Below, in pieces: positions 23,652 through 36,180 of a DNA stretch of 64,000 nt. Every line of letters starts with the position of its first letter. Position 1 is the stretch's first letter. The notes below the pieces were generated by a model that ran no database searches, was not told the DNA's origin, and saw only the letters and a program-made list of their open reading frames with translations. The stretch is from Octopus vulgaris. Taxonomy: Eukaryota. The translations under genes and the position numbers were made by a program. The stretch lies in contig OX597819.1 in the NCBI GenBank assembly GCA_951406725.2, positions 124,930,001 through 124,994,000 of the forward strand. Reading direction: 5' to 3'.

Positions 23652-23874
23652 TGTGTGTGTTTGTGTGTCTGTGTTTGTCCCCCTAGCATTGCTTGACAAC
23701 CGATGCTGGTGTGTTTATGTCCCTGTCACTTAGCGGTTCGACAAAAGAGACCGATAGAATAAGTACTGGGCTTACAAAAGAATAAGTCCCAGGGTTGAGT
23801 TGCTCGATTAAAGGCAGTGCTCCAGCATGGCTGCAGTCAAATGACTGAAACAAATAAAAGAGTAAAAGAGAGAG
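23436..23874 (+). mobile_element. SINE family A, full length
   Basis: Family A consensus. Confidence 0.9.
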
Positions 23875-23924
23875 TACATAACTACATATTTCATCTCTTG
23901 TGAAAGGTAGAAGGGTCCAGTTTG

Positions 23925-24147
23925 CTGGACATTGTTGTAGAGCTGAAAACGAGGTAATTTCTGCTCTTCTCCTCTGGAAGCCATCTGCTCGCGATACCAA
24001 AGGGCACACACTCTCCTACCCTGATGTAATCTCCAGGAATACAGGCATCCAGCAATAGGACCTCCGTCATGCTGTGATGGACCGTGAAGTCTGGTGTAAC
24101 ATAGTAAATTCCATTGTCTCGACCACGGTCGAACAATGAATGAATGA
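23925..24147 (+). mobile_element. 3' end of a second RTE-like LINE family
   Basis: GHTLSYPDVISR..G...DLR..MDREVW..IVNSI; (TGAA)n tail; paralog at 33043-33510. Confidence 0.7.
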
Positions 24148-24227
24148 CTTATTTCACTAGAGTAATTTTCTAATCAATTTCAGTGCACCACTAAGTCAAG
24201 AAAGATTAAAAGCCACTGTTTTAATCT

Positions 24228-24439
24228 CTTACTCTTTTACTTGTTTCAGTCAATTGACTGTGGCCATGCTGGAGCACCGCCTTTAATCGAGCAACTCGAC
24301 CCCGGGACTTATTCTTTTGTAAGCCCAGTACTTATTCTATCGGTCTCTTTTGCTGAACCGCTAAGTGACGGGGACGTAAACACACCAGCATCGGTTGTCA
24401 AGCAATGCTAGGGGGACAAACACAAACACACAAACACAT

Positions 24440-24472
<33 letters not shown>

Positions 24473-24835
24473 CAAAAATATTTAAAAATTGAGGGAGATA
24501 AATTAATATTAATATGTCCTGCCCGCCAAAGTTGGTTCTGGTGTTCGCTGAATTCTTCCTCTAGAGAATTTCCCTTGTAGTTTGATCGTTGATGATCTTC
24601 TTCTAGCATTCTGGCCGGCTACCTAGCAGGCCAGCCCTGCCAATATACACATATATATATATACATATATACGACAGGCGTCTTTCAGTTTCCGTCTACC
24701 AAATCCACTCACAAGGCATTGGTCGGCCCGGGGCTATAGCAGAAGACACTTCCCCAAGATGCCACACAGTGGGACTGAACCCGGAACCATGTGGTTGGTA
24801 AGCAAGCTACTTACCACACAGCCACTCCTACGCCT
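24228..24835 (-). mobile_element. SINE family A with a ~170-bp unidentified insert (24473-24641) in its TA tract
   Basis: Family A halves flank unrelated sequence. Confidence 0.85.
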
Positions 24836-25125
24836 GTTTTAATCTTTAAGCCTTTTGTTTCTATATTTCAATGAATTGAAACAAAAGTTTCACACTACTT
24901 TTGTTTCAAGTCATTTTGAAAATAAAAAATTTAGGCGCAGGAGTGGCTGTGTGGTAAGTAGCTTGCTTACCAATCACATTGTTCCGGGTTCAGTCCCACT
25001 GCATAGCACTTTGGGTAAGTGTCTTCTACTGTAGCCTCGGGCCGACCAAAGCCTTCTGAGTGGATTTGGTAGATGGAAACTGAAAGAATCCCATCATATG
25101 TATATATATATATATATATATATAT

Positions 25126-26570
25126 CTTGGTGACCAAGTCAGTAGTGGGGGTGGGGGTGCTGAAAGTGTAATGGCTAGAGTAAGAATAGCCTGGGCAAAG
25201 TTTAGGGAGCTCTTACCTCTGTTGGTGACTAAAGGCCTCTCGCTCAGAGTAAAAGGCAGACTGTATGACACATGTGTACGAACAGCCATGCTACATGGCA
25301 GTGAAACATGGGCCGTGACTGCTGAGGACATGCGTAAGCTCGCGAGAAATGAAGCTAGTATGCTCCGTTGGATGTGTAATGTCAGTGTTCATAGTCGACA
25401 GAGTGTAAGTACCTTGAGAGAAAAGTTGGACCTAAGAGGAATCAGATGTTGTGTGCAAGAGAGACGATTGCGCTGGTATGGTCATGTGGTGAGAATGGAT
25501 GAAGATAGGTGTGTGAAAAAGTGCCACACCCTGGCAGTTGAGGGGACCTGTGGAAGAGGTAGACCCAGGAAAACCTGGGTCGAGGTGGTGAAGCACGACC
25601 TTCGAACTCTAGGTCTCACCGAGGAAATGACCAGAGACCGAGACCTATGGAAGTATGCTGTGCGTGAGAAGACCCGGCAAGACCAGTGAGAACAATCAAA
25701 ATCAAATCATATATCAGAAAGCAGGGGTTAAGTGACCCATCCGTTCGTGTCCGCTGTCAGCCTCGTCTGGCACCCGTGCCGGTGATACGTAAAAGCACCA
25801 TTCGCTCATGGCCGTTTGCCAGCTCTCCCTGGCCCCGTGTCGGTGGCACGTAAAAGCACCATCCGTTCGTGTTCGTTGCCAGCCTCGCCTGGCCCCGTGC
25901 CGGTGACACGTAAAAGCACCGTCCGTTCGTGGCCGTTTGCCAGCTCTGTCTGGCCCCGTGTCGGTGGCACGTAAAAGCACCATCCGTTCGTGGCCGTTTG
26001 CCAGCTCTGTCTGGCCCCGTGTCGGTGGCACGTAAAAGCACCATCCATTCGTGTCCGTTGCCAGCCTCGGCTGGCCCCTGTGCCGGTGACACGTAAAAGC
26101 ACCGTCCGCTCATGGCCGTTTGCCAGCTCTGTCTGGCAACTGTGTCGGTGGCACGTAAAAGCACCATCCGTTCGCGTCCGTTGCCAGCCTCGGCTGGCCC
26201 CCGTGCCGGTGACACGTAAAAGCACCGTCTGTTTGTGGCCGGTTGCCAGCTCTGTCTGGCCCCGTGTCGGTGGCACGTAAAAGCACCATCCGTTCGTGTC
26301 CGTTGCCAGCATCGCCTGGCCCCGTGCCGGTGACACGTAAAAGCACCATCCGTTCGTGGCCGTTTGCCAGCTCTGTCTGGCACCTGTGCAGGTGGCACGT
26401 AAAAACACCCACTACACTCGCGGAGTGGTTGGCGTTAGGAAGGGCATCCAGCCGTAGAAACACTGCCAGATCTGACTGGGCCTGACGAAGCCTTCCAGCT
26501 TCACAGACCCCAGTTGACGTCCAACCCATGCTAGCATGGAAAGCGGACGCTAAACGATGATGATGATGAT
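25126..26570 (+). mobile_element. Young 5'-truncated RTE LINE (open C-terminal ORF to 25689, VNTR 3'UTR, (GAT)n tail)
   Basis: YLGD...AWAKFREL...MLHGSETW...ERRLRWYGHVVRM...RGRPRKTW...RDLW; stop-free. Confidence 0.95.
25740..26400 (+). repeat. ~60-bp minisatellite (~11 units) inside the RTE 3'UTR
   Basis: Repeated GGCACGTAAAAGCACCATCCGTTCGTG..TGCCAGC...CTGGCCCCGTG.CGGT. Confidence 0.95.
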
Positions 26571-26574
26571 ATAT

Positions 26575-27043
26575 ACAAAATTATTTTACTCTTTTACTTG
26601 TTTCAGTCATTTGACTGTGGCCATGCTGGAGCACCGCCTTTAGTTGAGCAAATCGACCCCAGGACTTGTTCTCTGTAAGCCTAGTACTTATTCTATCGGT
26701 CTCTTTTGCCGAACCGCTAAGTGACGGGGACGTAAACACACCAGCATCGGTTGTCAAGCGATGTTGGGGGGACAAACACAGACACACAAACATACACACA
26801 CACACACACATATATATATATGTGTATGTTTGTGTGTCTGTGTTTGTCACTCCAACATCGCTTGACAACCGATGCTGGTGTGTTTACGTCCCCGTCACTT
26901 AGCGGTTCGGCAAAAGAGACCGATAGAATAAGTACTAGGCTTACAGAGAACAAGTCCTGGGGTCGATTTGCTCAACTAAAGGCGGTGCTCCAGCATGGCC
27001 ACAGTCAAATGACTGAAACAAGTAAAAGAGTAAAATAATTTTG
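26575..27043. repeat. Near-perfect ~225-bp inverted duplication of a SINE A 3' half plus its flank
   Basis: ACAAAATTATTTTACTC... / ...GAGTAAAATAATTTTGT; mirrored ORFs 26581-26868 and 26751-27038. Confidence 0.95.
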
Positions 27044-27316
27044 TCATTAAGTTAGTATTTGGAATATAGATTTATATGAAATTTCACCGGAAGGTTTTTC
27101 TTTAGATAACATAAAAACTGAAAGATCATATCATTGATTCAAGAGTGGCCTCAGTTGGTTGGTATCAAAGGGGATAATAACTTAATTTCCTTTCACTGAT
27201 AGTAATTATATCATTGTCAGTGTCCCTTGGTTGTTATACTTGTTCTGTAGCTGACCCATGATGCAGATGTATTGAATGAAACATTTGAATGTGAACCAGA
27301 CTTTGGGTTAGGATAC

Positions 27317-27952
27317 ATCATCATAATCATCATCGTTTAACGTCCGTTTTCCGCGCTAGCACGGGTTGGATGGTTCGACCGGGGTCTGGGAAACCAGGGG
27401 GCTGCACCAGGCTCCAGTCTGATCTGGCAGAGTTTCTACAGCTGGATGCCCTTCCTAATGCCAACCACTCCGTGAGTGTAGTGGGTGCTTTTTACGTGCC
27501 ACCTACACAGGTGCCAAGGGAGTTCAGCATCGGCCACAATTGGTTGGTGCTTTTAACGTGCCACCGGCACAGAAGCCAGCCAAGGCGGCGCTGGCATTGG
27601 CCACGTTCGGATGGAGCTTTTTATGTGCCACCGGCACAGAAGCCAGTCGAGGTGGCGCTGGCAATGGCCATGTTCGGATGGTGCTTTTATGTGCCACTGG
27701 CACAGGTATCACAACTACTATTTCCATTGATATTTATTTCGATGTTCATGTACTTGACTCAACAGGTCTCCTCAAGCACAGCGGGATGTTCTGGAATCCA
27801 AGGTACTTTGAATGGGCAGGGGCTATGTGGAACTGGTGCAGGAAGCAGCCCGGGTCTTTGCAGTCACAGCATATCTCCAGAGATCTCGGTCCTTCGCCAT
27901 TGCCTCAGTGAGGCCCAATGCTCTGAGGTTATGCTTGACTACCTCATCCTAT
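27317..27952 (-). mobile_element. RTE 3' fragment including the ORF C-terminus
   Basis: EVVKHNLRALGLTEAMAKDRDLWRYAV on the minus strand plus family C UTR. Confidence 0.85.
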
Positions 27953-28209
27953 GTCATAACAAATCAAAATTTTTTCTCATAGAAATGTTTCTTGTGGTGA
28001 CTATCTTCAAATTTGTGCAAATGGAAAATTCAAAATATTCCCTTTCTCCAAAATAAAGGAAGCAAATGATCACCGATGAAAGACTAAAGAAGTATACCAT
28101 TTTAAGAATTCTAAATCCAAAACCAAACCAGAAATAGCCAATACTGTTACAAAAAAACAACTTCCTCTAGATGAACTACCTCATCACGTGGGTTTGAAAA
28201 ACTGGAAAC

Positions 28210-28390
28210 AGTGAAAGTGCTTACATAATATCTTTTACTTGTTTCAGTGGACATCCCCTTGGAAGGTCTAGTCAAACAAATCAACTCCAGTATTTTTTTT
28301 TTTTTTTGCCTGGTATTCTATCAGTCTCTTTTGCTAAGTTATAGGGCATAAACAAATCAACACCAGTTATCAAGCAGTGGTGAAGGTCAA
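28210..28390 (-). mobile_element. Degraded SINE A 3' half
   Basis: TTTTACTTGTTTCAGT...TTCTATCAGTCTCTTTTGC. Confidence 0.6.
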
Positions 28391-28405
28391 AGGCACATTC
28401 CCACA

Positions 28406-28632
28406 CATCATCATCATCGTTTAACATCCGCTTTCCATGCTAGCATGGGTTGGATGTATGACTGAGGGCTGGCTGCACCAGATGGCTGCACCAGGCTCCA
28501 GTCTTGATCTAACAGAGTTTCTACAGCTGGATACCCTTCCTAACACCAACCACTCCGAGAGCGTAGTGGGTGCTTTTTACGTGCCACCGGCACGGGGACC
28601 AGTCAAGCGGCACTGGCAACAACCTCGCTTGA
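28406..28632 (-). mobile_element. RTE 3' fragment (family C)
   Basis: Family C consensus. Confidence 0.85.
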
Positions 28633-30504
28633 ATTTTAAAATTTTCACACATCCTACACCAACAAACCAAACTACATCCCTCCCTTCCCAAACTGTTTCT
28701 CTTCTTTTCCTCACATCTCCTCTTCGTACTGCTATGATTATCTCCCACTCCCCAACCCAGTCCACACCACCCTGCTCACCGTATCATTGCTTCCCTCCAT
28801 CCCCTTCCTCTCTATACCCAGATTCTCACTAATCACAACATTCTTTACCCCTCACTCCCTACTTACAGATGCTGGCCAGGCAGGAGCCTGCACCATGCTT
28901 CTGCATCTATTTTGACATAGCTTTTTGGCTGGAAGCCCTTCCTAACACCAACCACTCCGTAGAGTGGGCTGAGTGCTTTTTATGTGGAATTCACTCAGGC
29001 ATGGTCAGTTTCAGCATGATTTTTACAGCTGGTTGCCCTTCCAAGTGCCAACCACTTTACAGTGTGGACTGGGTACTTTTTAAGTGGCACTTGCACAACT
29101 TCTTGGCAATACTCTGCCAGCACCTGCTACCATTCATCTCTCTCTTGCTTACTCTACCATTCCATCTATGCCCTAATCCCCATTCCTTGTGAGTATACCT
29201 TGGCACTTACTGCCATCCCTCTCCTGTCACCTACTCTCTCTCTCTCTCTCTCTCTATCAATGCCGGTAGTTGCTTCCCAAGACTGAACTACTAACTTTTT
29301 ACATTCTAGAAATTATTTTGAGTCGAGGCTGGAAATTCTTCTGGTGTTTCTGAAATTTAAGGTAAACTCTTTGCATGTGAGCAAATATCTTAGGATTGTA
29401 CTCCTGATGAAAATCTAATCTTTTGTTGGAAATAATTTGGGAACTACCTTCCTTTTGAAGTTTGGTCTATAAAAGACTCAAATATCTATTATCATCATCA
29501 AATACTGATTATTATTCTTATTGGTGCTGTTTTTATATGAGTGCTTATAAATGTTTTTGCTAGGATAACATATCACTGAGAGTGACACCAACATTATGTA
29601 ATATCTTGTAAGCATTTTTATAAAATTAATCCACAATCAGTGCAAGAATAGCTGAGTTGTAAGAAGCTTGCTTCCCAACCACATGGTCACGGGTTCAGTC
29701 CCACTATATTTCAAGCCAAATGAACAGCTAAATGGAAATTAAATAAAGCACCAGAGATAAATATCTATAACATTTTTCTCTGGTAGGGTGGGCTTCTTGA
29801 AAGAAAGGTTGAGAAAAGTAGTTCAAAGTGACTGCTGACTTATGGAAAGAAACCAATTAGACTGAGTAAGAAAAGACAAATCTGACAAAAGATTTGTTTA
29901 GTTATTTCCCTTGCACAGCTATCTGCACGGTTTCTGTACCATGTGTAATTAGTCGAAATAAATTTAGTTTCCTATAAATCTAAGTGTCTATAAAAAGGAA
30001 AATTGACTGAAAATATTGCAGTATTACTTTAGTTAACATGATGAAAAAAATGAAGTTTTTCAACATCTTTGAATACATAAACTATTGGTCTGTTTAGATA
30101 ATCTACAGGGGAATTTTTTGCTGGACAAATGTAGAGTTTATAAATAGACCTTAGTATGTCGTATCTTGATGTACTGATGCAATGAAAACAAGCTGGTCAA
30201 AGATCATCAGTGTATCGAAACCAAACAACCACTGGACTATACTCTGACTATCATTCTTATCATCATCAATCTGTGTTATGAATTGTAAAATCGTTACTAC
30301 ATCAAATGAAAACAACTTGCATTACTATATAAGCAAAATAAGCTAATAAGGAAAGAAATATCACTTAAAAAGAATAGACTTGAATGAAAAATACCAAGTC
30401 CTACATCTACTCTCATGCACAAAGTAGACGTTAACTACACTATTGTATCTCTGCCTTACTGTCAAGGTTTGCTTGAGAAAATCCAAAGACTTCATAACAC
30501 TTTT

Positions 30505-30767
30505 AATAATAATAATAATGAAATTATTGTATACAGTGCTCAGGTGCACCACAACTTGTCAAAAGTGCGTATAAAGTATATGCAGTAATGTACAAATGTC
30601 TGGAGGGTGAACAGTGTATGAGTCAGATACATGCTTGCGTGTGTATGGAGGGGAGAAAATCAGGTGTAGTGTTGGTGAATCTCAGGAAGCATGGAAGTTT
30701 TGAAGGATGCAGTGCTCCGACAACTAACAACTGATGTCGGCAGTTTGTTCCTTACTTCGGCAACTCA
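30505..30767 (-). mobile_element. CR1-like LINE 3' end
   Basis: NKLPTSVVSCRSTASFK (WNxLP..VV...S...FK terminal motif) + (ATT)n tail. Confidence 0.75.
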
Positions 30768-30985
30768 TTAATATCAAGACTATTTTCAAAAGTAACACTG
30801 CAAATTCCCTATCAAATTTAAATCTATCAAGGAATAGCTCAAACATAGGAAATGTACCTGTAACTGTATCTGATGTATTTGCGGAAGGTGTATAAAGGGG
30901 AAAAGAGGAAATGGCTGAACATGTATACTGTGGAAAAGAAAATTATACCACATTATGAAATGAAATTTCTGCGTTTGATAGGAGA

Positions 30986-31530
30986 CATCATCATCATTTA
31001 ACGTCCGCTTTCCATGCTAGCATGGGTTCGATGAATGACTGAGGGCTGGCGAACCAGACGGCTGCACCAGGCTCCAATCTTGATCTGGCAGAGTTTCTAC
31101 AGCTGGATGCCCTTCCTAACGCCAACCACTCCGAGAGTGTAGTGGGTGCTTTTTACGTGCCACCGGCATGGGGGCCAGTCAGGTGGTACTGGCAATGACC
31201 TCGCTCGAATCTTTTTATGCATGCCACCAGCACAGGTGCCAGTAAGGCGACGTTGGTAACGATCACGCTCGAATGGTGCCCTTTTACGTGCCACGAGTAC
31301 GGAAGCCAGTTGGCTGCTCTGGCAACGATCACGCTCGGATGGTGCTCTTGGCACCCTACTAGCACGGGCACAAGTGCCAGTAAAGCGACGCTGGTAACGA
31401 TCACACTAGAATGGTGCCCTTTTATATGCCACTGGCACGGAAGCTGGTTAGCCGTTCTGTCAACTATCACCCTCGTATGGTGCTCTTTGCACCCTGCTAG
31501 CACAGTTGCCAGTCGTCGAATTTGATTTTG
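30986..31530 (-). mobile_element. RTE 3' fragment (family C)
   Basis: Family C consensus with tandem units. Confidence 0.85.
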
Positions 31531-31828
31531 ATAATGAAATGAAATTTCCGTGTTTGATAGAAAACCATTGTGGAAATTTATTAATATCAAAATGCTGTCT
31601 TTATTGAAAGATATATATTTAAAAAAGAAGTGTAACATTAAGTGCCTTTGCATTACTGGTCTAGTGGATAAGAAAGAATATCATTACTTTTAGTTTGGAA
31701 ATAAAAATTCCTATTTCAAATTAAATACTATGTTCATATTTAGAAATAAGAAATCTAATGGCAATTGGATATGAACCAGATTAAAACTCTGTGCAGATGT
31801 AGATAAATAAAAATTTATATATAATCTG

Positions 31829-32076
31829 AAGCATGGAACAAACTGCCGGCATCAGTTATTAGTTGTCGGAGCACTGCATCCTTCAAAACTTCCATGCTTT
31901 CTGAGATTCGCCAACACTACACCTGATTTTCTCCCCTCCATACACACACAAGCATGTATCTGACTCATGCATTGTTCACTTTCCAGACATTTGTACATTA
32001 CTGCATGTACTTTATATGCACTTTCTGACAAGTTGTGGTGCACCTGAGCACTGTATACAATAATTTCATTATTATA
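31829..32076 (+). mobile_element. CR1-like LINE 3' end
   Basis: AWNKLPASVISCRSTASFKTSML; inverted paralog of 30505-30767. Confidence 0.75.
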
Positions 32077-32121
32077 TTTTATTATTAAACATGAGATTAA
32101 TTATCAAAAAATTTTGCATTA

Positions 32122-32776
32122 AGGGCTGGAATGGCTGTGTGGTAAGAAGCTTGCTTTCCAGCCACATGGTTCCGGATTCAGTCCCACTGTGTGGTACTTT
32201 GGGCAAATGTCTTCTACTATAACCTTGGGTTGACCAAAGCCTTGTGAGTGGATTTGGTAGATGGAAAATGAAAGAAGTATGTTATGTATGTGTGTGTGTA
32301 TATATATACATTTATATATATATATATATCATCATCATCGTTTAATGCCCATTTTCCGTGCTAGCACGGGTTGGACGGTTCGGCCCGGGTCTGGGAAGCC
32401 AGGGGGCTGCACCAGGCTCCAGTCTGATCTGGCAGTGTTTCTACAGCTGGATGCCCTTCCTTACACCAACCACTCCATGAGTGTAGTGGGGTTTTTTTAT
32501 GTGCCACCAGCACAGGTGCCAGTGGAGGCTGGCAGCGGCCACGACCGGTTGGTGCTTTTTACGTGCCACCGGCACGTGCTTGACCCCCTCCACTACTTGA
32601 CAACTGATGTTGGTGTGTTTACGGTCCTGTAACTTAGCAGTTCAGCCAAAGAGACCAGTGGAATAAGCACCAGGCTTAAAAAAGAAGTCCTGGGTCGATT
32701 TATTTGACTAAAAATTCTTCGAGGTGGTGCCCCAGCATGGTCAAAGTCTAATTACTAAAACAAATAAAAGATAAAA
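32122..32776 (+). mobile_element. Older SINE A copy with a nested RTE 3' fragment (32328-32576, minus)
   Basis: Family A head and tail flank family C sequence inserted at the TA tract. Confidence 0.8.
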
Positions 32777-33042
32777 AATTCAACTTTCTGCCATTTTAAG
32801 TTTACCTAGACAGAATTTGAACTCCAAACCTTGTTATTTGGAATTACTTCCAGCTAAGAGTATAATATGGAACTACTGACTATTACCCTTTTACTTTCCA
32901 CTGACCACAAGTACAGTTTCTGCAACAGTAGATCTGATGGGGAGCAGTCCCTCACTTTTGAGAACTTTGGTGGAAACAATGATAATTAATGCTCTCTCTC
33001 TCTCGACTCTGGTACACCTTGATTCTTCAGAAATGTTGTGCA

Positions 33043-33510
33043 TCATCATCGTTGTTTGACCATGGTCGAGACAATGGAATTTACTATGTTACGCCAGACT
33101 TCATGGTCCATCATAGCATTACGGAGGTCCTGTTGCTGGATGCCTGTATCCCTGGAGATTACATCAGGGTAGGAGAGTGTGCGCCCTCTGGTATCATTGG
33201 ATGCCCGTGGAGGTGCAACATGATCAGAGACAGGACCCGGCACAGCAGGGGCTGGACCTACATTCACAGGTATACCTTAAGTCTGGTTCCCTGGGGAAGA
33301 GGAACCCTGGTGCAGTTAATGTAACACCCACTCCTTTGAGACATTGGTTATTTTTTCATGCCATGTCCAAGGAAAATCTCAACACAGGCAACCTAGATGA
33401 GATTGCCGGAGACGTACTTCTCACAGCACCAGGACAACCCATGCACATATCAAGTAAACACTCTTGCACTGTAACCTCTCTCCATGCATCTGCAAATTCA
33501 CTTTAGCATT
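33043..33510 (-). mobile_element. Second RTE-like LINE 3' fragment
   Basis: RGRTLSYPDVISRDTGIQQQDLRNAMMDHEVWRNIVNS (ORF 33046-33267). Confidence 0.7.
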
Positions 33511-33578
33511 CTAAATCAGTTGAAAAGGTGTCCTTCACAATATTTGAATCTTTCATATTAACCTTATGGTATCAAAAA

Positions 33579-33995
33579 GGCAGCAAGCTGGCAGAATCGT
33601 TAGCACGCTGGGCGAAATACTCAGCAGTATTTCTGTCTGTCGCTACGTTCCGAGTTCAAATTCCATCGAGGTCAACTTTACCTTTCATCCTTTCGGGGTC
33701 GATTAAATAAGTACCAGTTATGCACTTGGGTTGATGTAATTGACTTAATCCGTTTGTCTGTTCTTGTTTGCCCCCTCTGTGTTTAGCTCCTTGTGAGTAG
33801 TAAAGAAATAGGTATCTCATCTGCCGTTATGTTCTGAGTTCAAATTCCGCCGAGGTCAACTTTGCCTTTCATCCTTTCGGGGTCGATTAAATAAGTACCA
33901 GTTACGCACTGGGGTTGATATAATCGACTTAATCCGTTTGTCTGTCCTTGTTTGTTCCTTCTGTGTTTAGCCCCTTGTGGGTAGTAAAGAAATAG
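33579..33995 (+). mobile_element. SINE B dimer with TSD GGTATCAAAAAGG, inserted in a mariner TIR
   Basis: 13-bp direct repeat at 33568-33580 and 33996-34008. Confidence 0.9.
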
Positions 33996-34790
33996 GTATC
34001 AAAAAGGTCTTTGTCTAGTTATGTTTGATAAAAAACATAACTTATTTACTTAAGTTTTAACTTTCGTTTTTGGATTTGGTTTGCAAGATTCTTTATATGA
34101 GTTCGTGTGTTGAAGCAGATTCTGTTGTGTCTGGGGAGAGTCATTTTCTTTTTGTGCCTTATTATATAACACACTCACCGATAAAATCTTCACTTTTTTC
34201 TTATTTTTATTTTCTTAAAATTTTCGTTGCATCTTGCAACCTGTTCAATAGTTTTGACTCTAAGTTTTAACATCAGCTTCTTCAAAAGAGTCACCTTTGC
34301 ACTACAATTCGCCTGCTCCAGCATTCCTGTCACCTTTGGAATCTGGTGTGGAAGCCGATTCCTGTAATCGAGTTGAAAACCTGTGATTCACTCTGGAACT
34401 TGACAATGGTGTTAAAACGGTGACATTTGAACTACCTTTTCATCTTGGGTGCTAAATCTGGCAAAAAGGGCAGCTGTGGAAGCAATCCCATGTTTTGGGC
34501 AAGAAACTTACAAGTGAAGGGAGCTCAGTGATAGGGGGCATTGTCATTGTGAAGAATCCAATTCTTCATGCTCCACAGACCTGGTCCCTTTCATTGAATG
34601 TTCCATTGTGATGACTACTGCTTTGTCTCAGGGTCATATCTATAGACCCAACTCTCAATGCCAGTGATGATCCTTTACATGAAGGATGGGCCATCCATGC
34701 CATACTGACTGAGATCTTGACAGACTTTGACGTGATGTTCTTTCTACTTAGTGATTAGCAAACGCTGGACAAACTAGGCAGATAGTTTGA
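33996..34790 (-). mobile_element. Decayed mariner element, internally deleted
   Basis: IITGIESWVYRYDPET and LHNDNAP motifs on the minus strand; paralogous to 426-735. Confidence 0.8.
34062..34260 (-). mobile_element. ~200-bp insertion with an 11-bp TSD (TAAGTTTTAAC) inside the mariner
   Basis: Direct repeat at 34051-34061 and 34261-34271. Confidence 0.75.
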
Positions 34791-34896
34791 CTTAAAAAAA
34801 CGGCTATTGCAAGCAAAATTAAATATTGAAAAGAGAATGCATTTGGCCAAATTTGGTCATACGACAGTTTGACGTAATATCAACATTATGTGTGTG

Positions 34897-34935
<39 letters not shown>

Positions 34936-35024
34936 ATAATAATATTAGGGAGTATGGCTCCAAACTTACAGGGAAAAATTAGATTTAGGATTAAATCAAA
35001 TTTCACAGTATAAATATATATATC

Positions 35025-35176
35025 ATATGAATTAGAGATAAAACCACTATTAGGCAACTCAATTTATATTTTATATATATTATATTAATTATATTTATAG
35101 TATTTGTTATTTATGTATTGGTTTATGTCTATCACTGTTTGAGTTGCCTAATAGTGGTTTTATCTCTAATTCATAT
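35025..35176. repeat. 38-bp perfect inverted repeat in TA-rich context
   Basis: ATATGAATTAGAGATAAAACCACTATTAGGCAACTCAA at 35025-35062 and its reverse complement at 35139-35176. Confidence 0.9.
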
Positions 35177-35178
35177 TT

Positions 35179-35211
<33 letters not shown>

Positions 35212-35507
35212 TCACACACATACACACACATATATAATCAAGAGAGTGAGAGAGAGAGATATGCATTTGTGTGCATGTATTTACATATATAAATGTTGAT
35301 ATGTGAATATATACGCATGCACAAACACACTTGTTTCGATAAATTGAGGCAAACAGACTGTTGTACTATAGGCATGCAGAGATACTTCTGTAGTTTTAAT
35401 CCTGTTTCTTTGACATCTGTTTTAGACTTGATGTTGCATTACGTGCTCAACAATTCAGCCCTAATATTACTCAGTATCCCATTGCTAGACATTCCATCAC
35501 ACATGTG

Positions 35508-35917
35508 TGGCGAGCTGGCAGAAACGTTAGCACGTCGGGCGAAATGCGTAGCCATATTTCGTTTGCCACTAACGTTCTGAGTTCAAATTCCACTGAGGTC
35601 GACTTTGCCTTTCATCCTTTCGGGGTCGATAAATTAAGTACCAGTTATGCACTGGGGTTGATGTAATCGACTTAATCCGTTTGTCTGTCCTTGTTTGTCC
35701 CCTCTATGTTTAGCCCCTTGTGGGTAGTAAAGAAATAGGTATTTCATCTGCCGTTACGTTCTGAGTTCAAATTCCGCCAAGGTCGACTTTGCCTTTCATC
35801 CTTTCGAGGTCAATTAATTAAGTACCAGTTACACACTGGGGTCGATGTAATCGACTTAATCCGTCTGTCTGTCCTTGTTTGTCCCCTCAATGTTTAGCCC
35901 CTTGTGGGCAATAAAGA
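35508..35917 (+). mobile_element. SINE B dimer
   Basis: Two monomers; imperfect TSD TCACAYATGT. Confidence 0.9.
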
Positions 35918-36180
35918 TTCACATATGTTACTATTGTTACTTGCTATTTCATTCTTCATATTTCTTGATCAGGTCAGTTCTTCATTAGTAAACTCTTCTT
36001 CACTTGCAGCATTTTTCAAATCCCTCTTGGGAATGGTGTAAATAAGTTGTAACAAGACATTTAGTATCTTTTGTACCATTGCCTTGTTTTATCTCTACAG
36101 ATGAATACAATTGCAAATTACTGCCAATTTACCAGAAAATTCTGCTTTAGCAATACAAGAAAACTCATGCTTTGATATAT

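Larger units (their letters stand above)
24933..27031 (+). mobile_element. SINE family A split by an RTE insertion (head 24933-25098; 3' half ~26820-27031)
   Basis: Both halves are in the same orientation around the nested RTE. Confidence 0.8.

Noticed and set aside
25740-26400. CRISPR-like or protein-coding repeat (200-213 aa ORFs)
   Set aside because: The inter-motif segments are homologous to each other, and the array lies after the RTE stop codon in its 3'UTR.
29404-29430. CTGATGA motif (also at ~46791)
   Set aside because: No helix II/GAAA arrangement; chance match.
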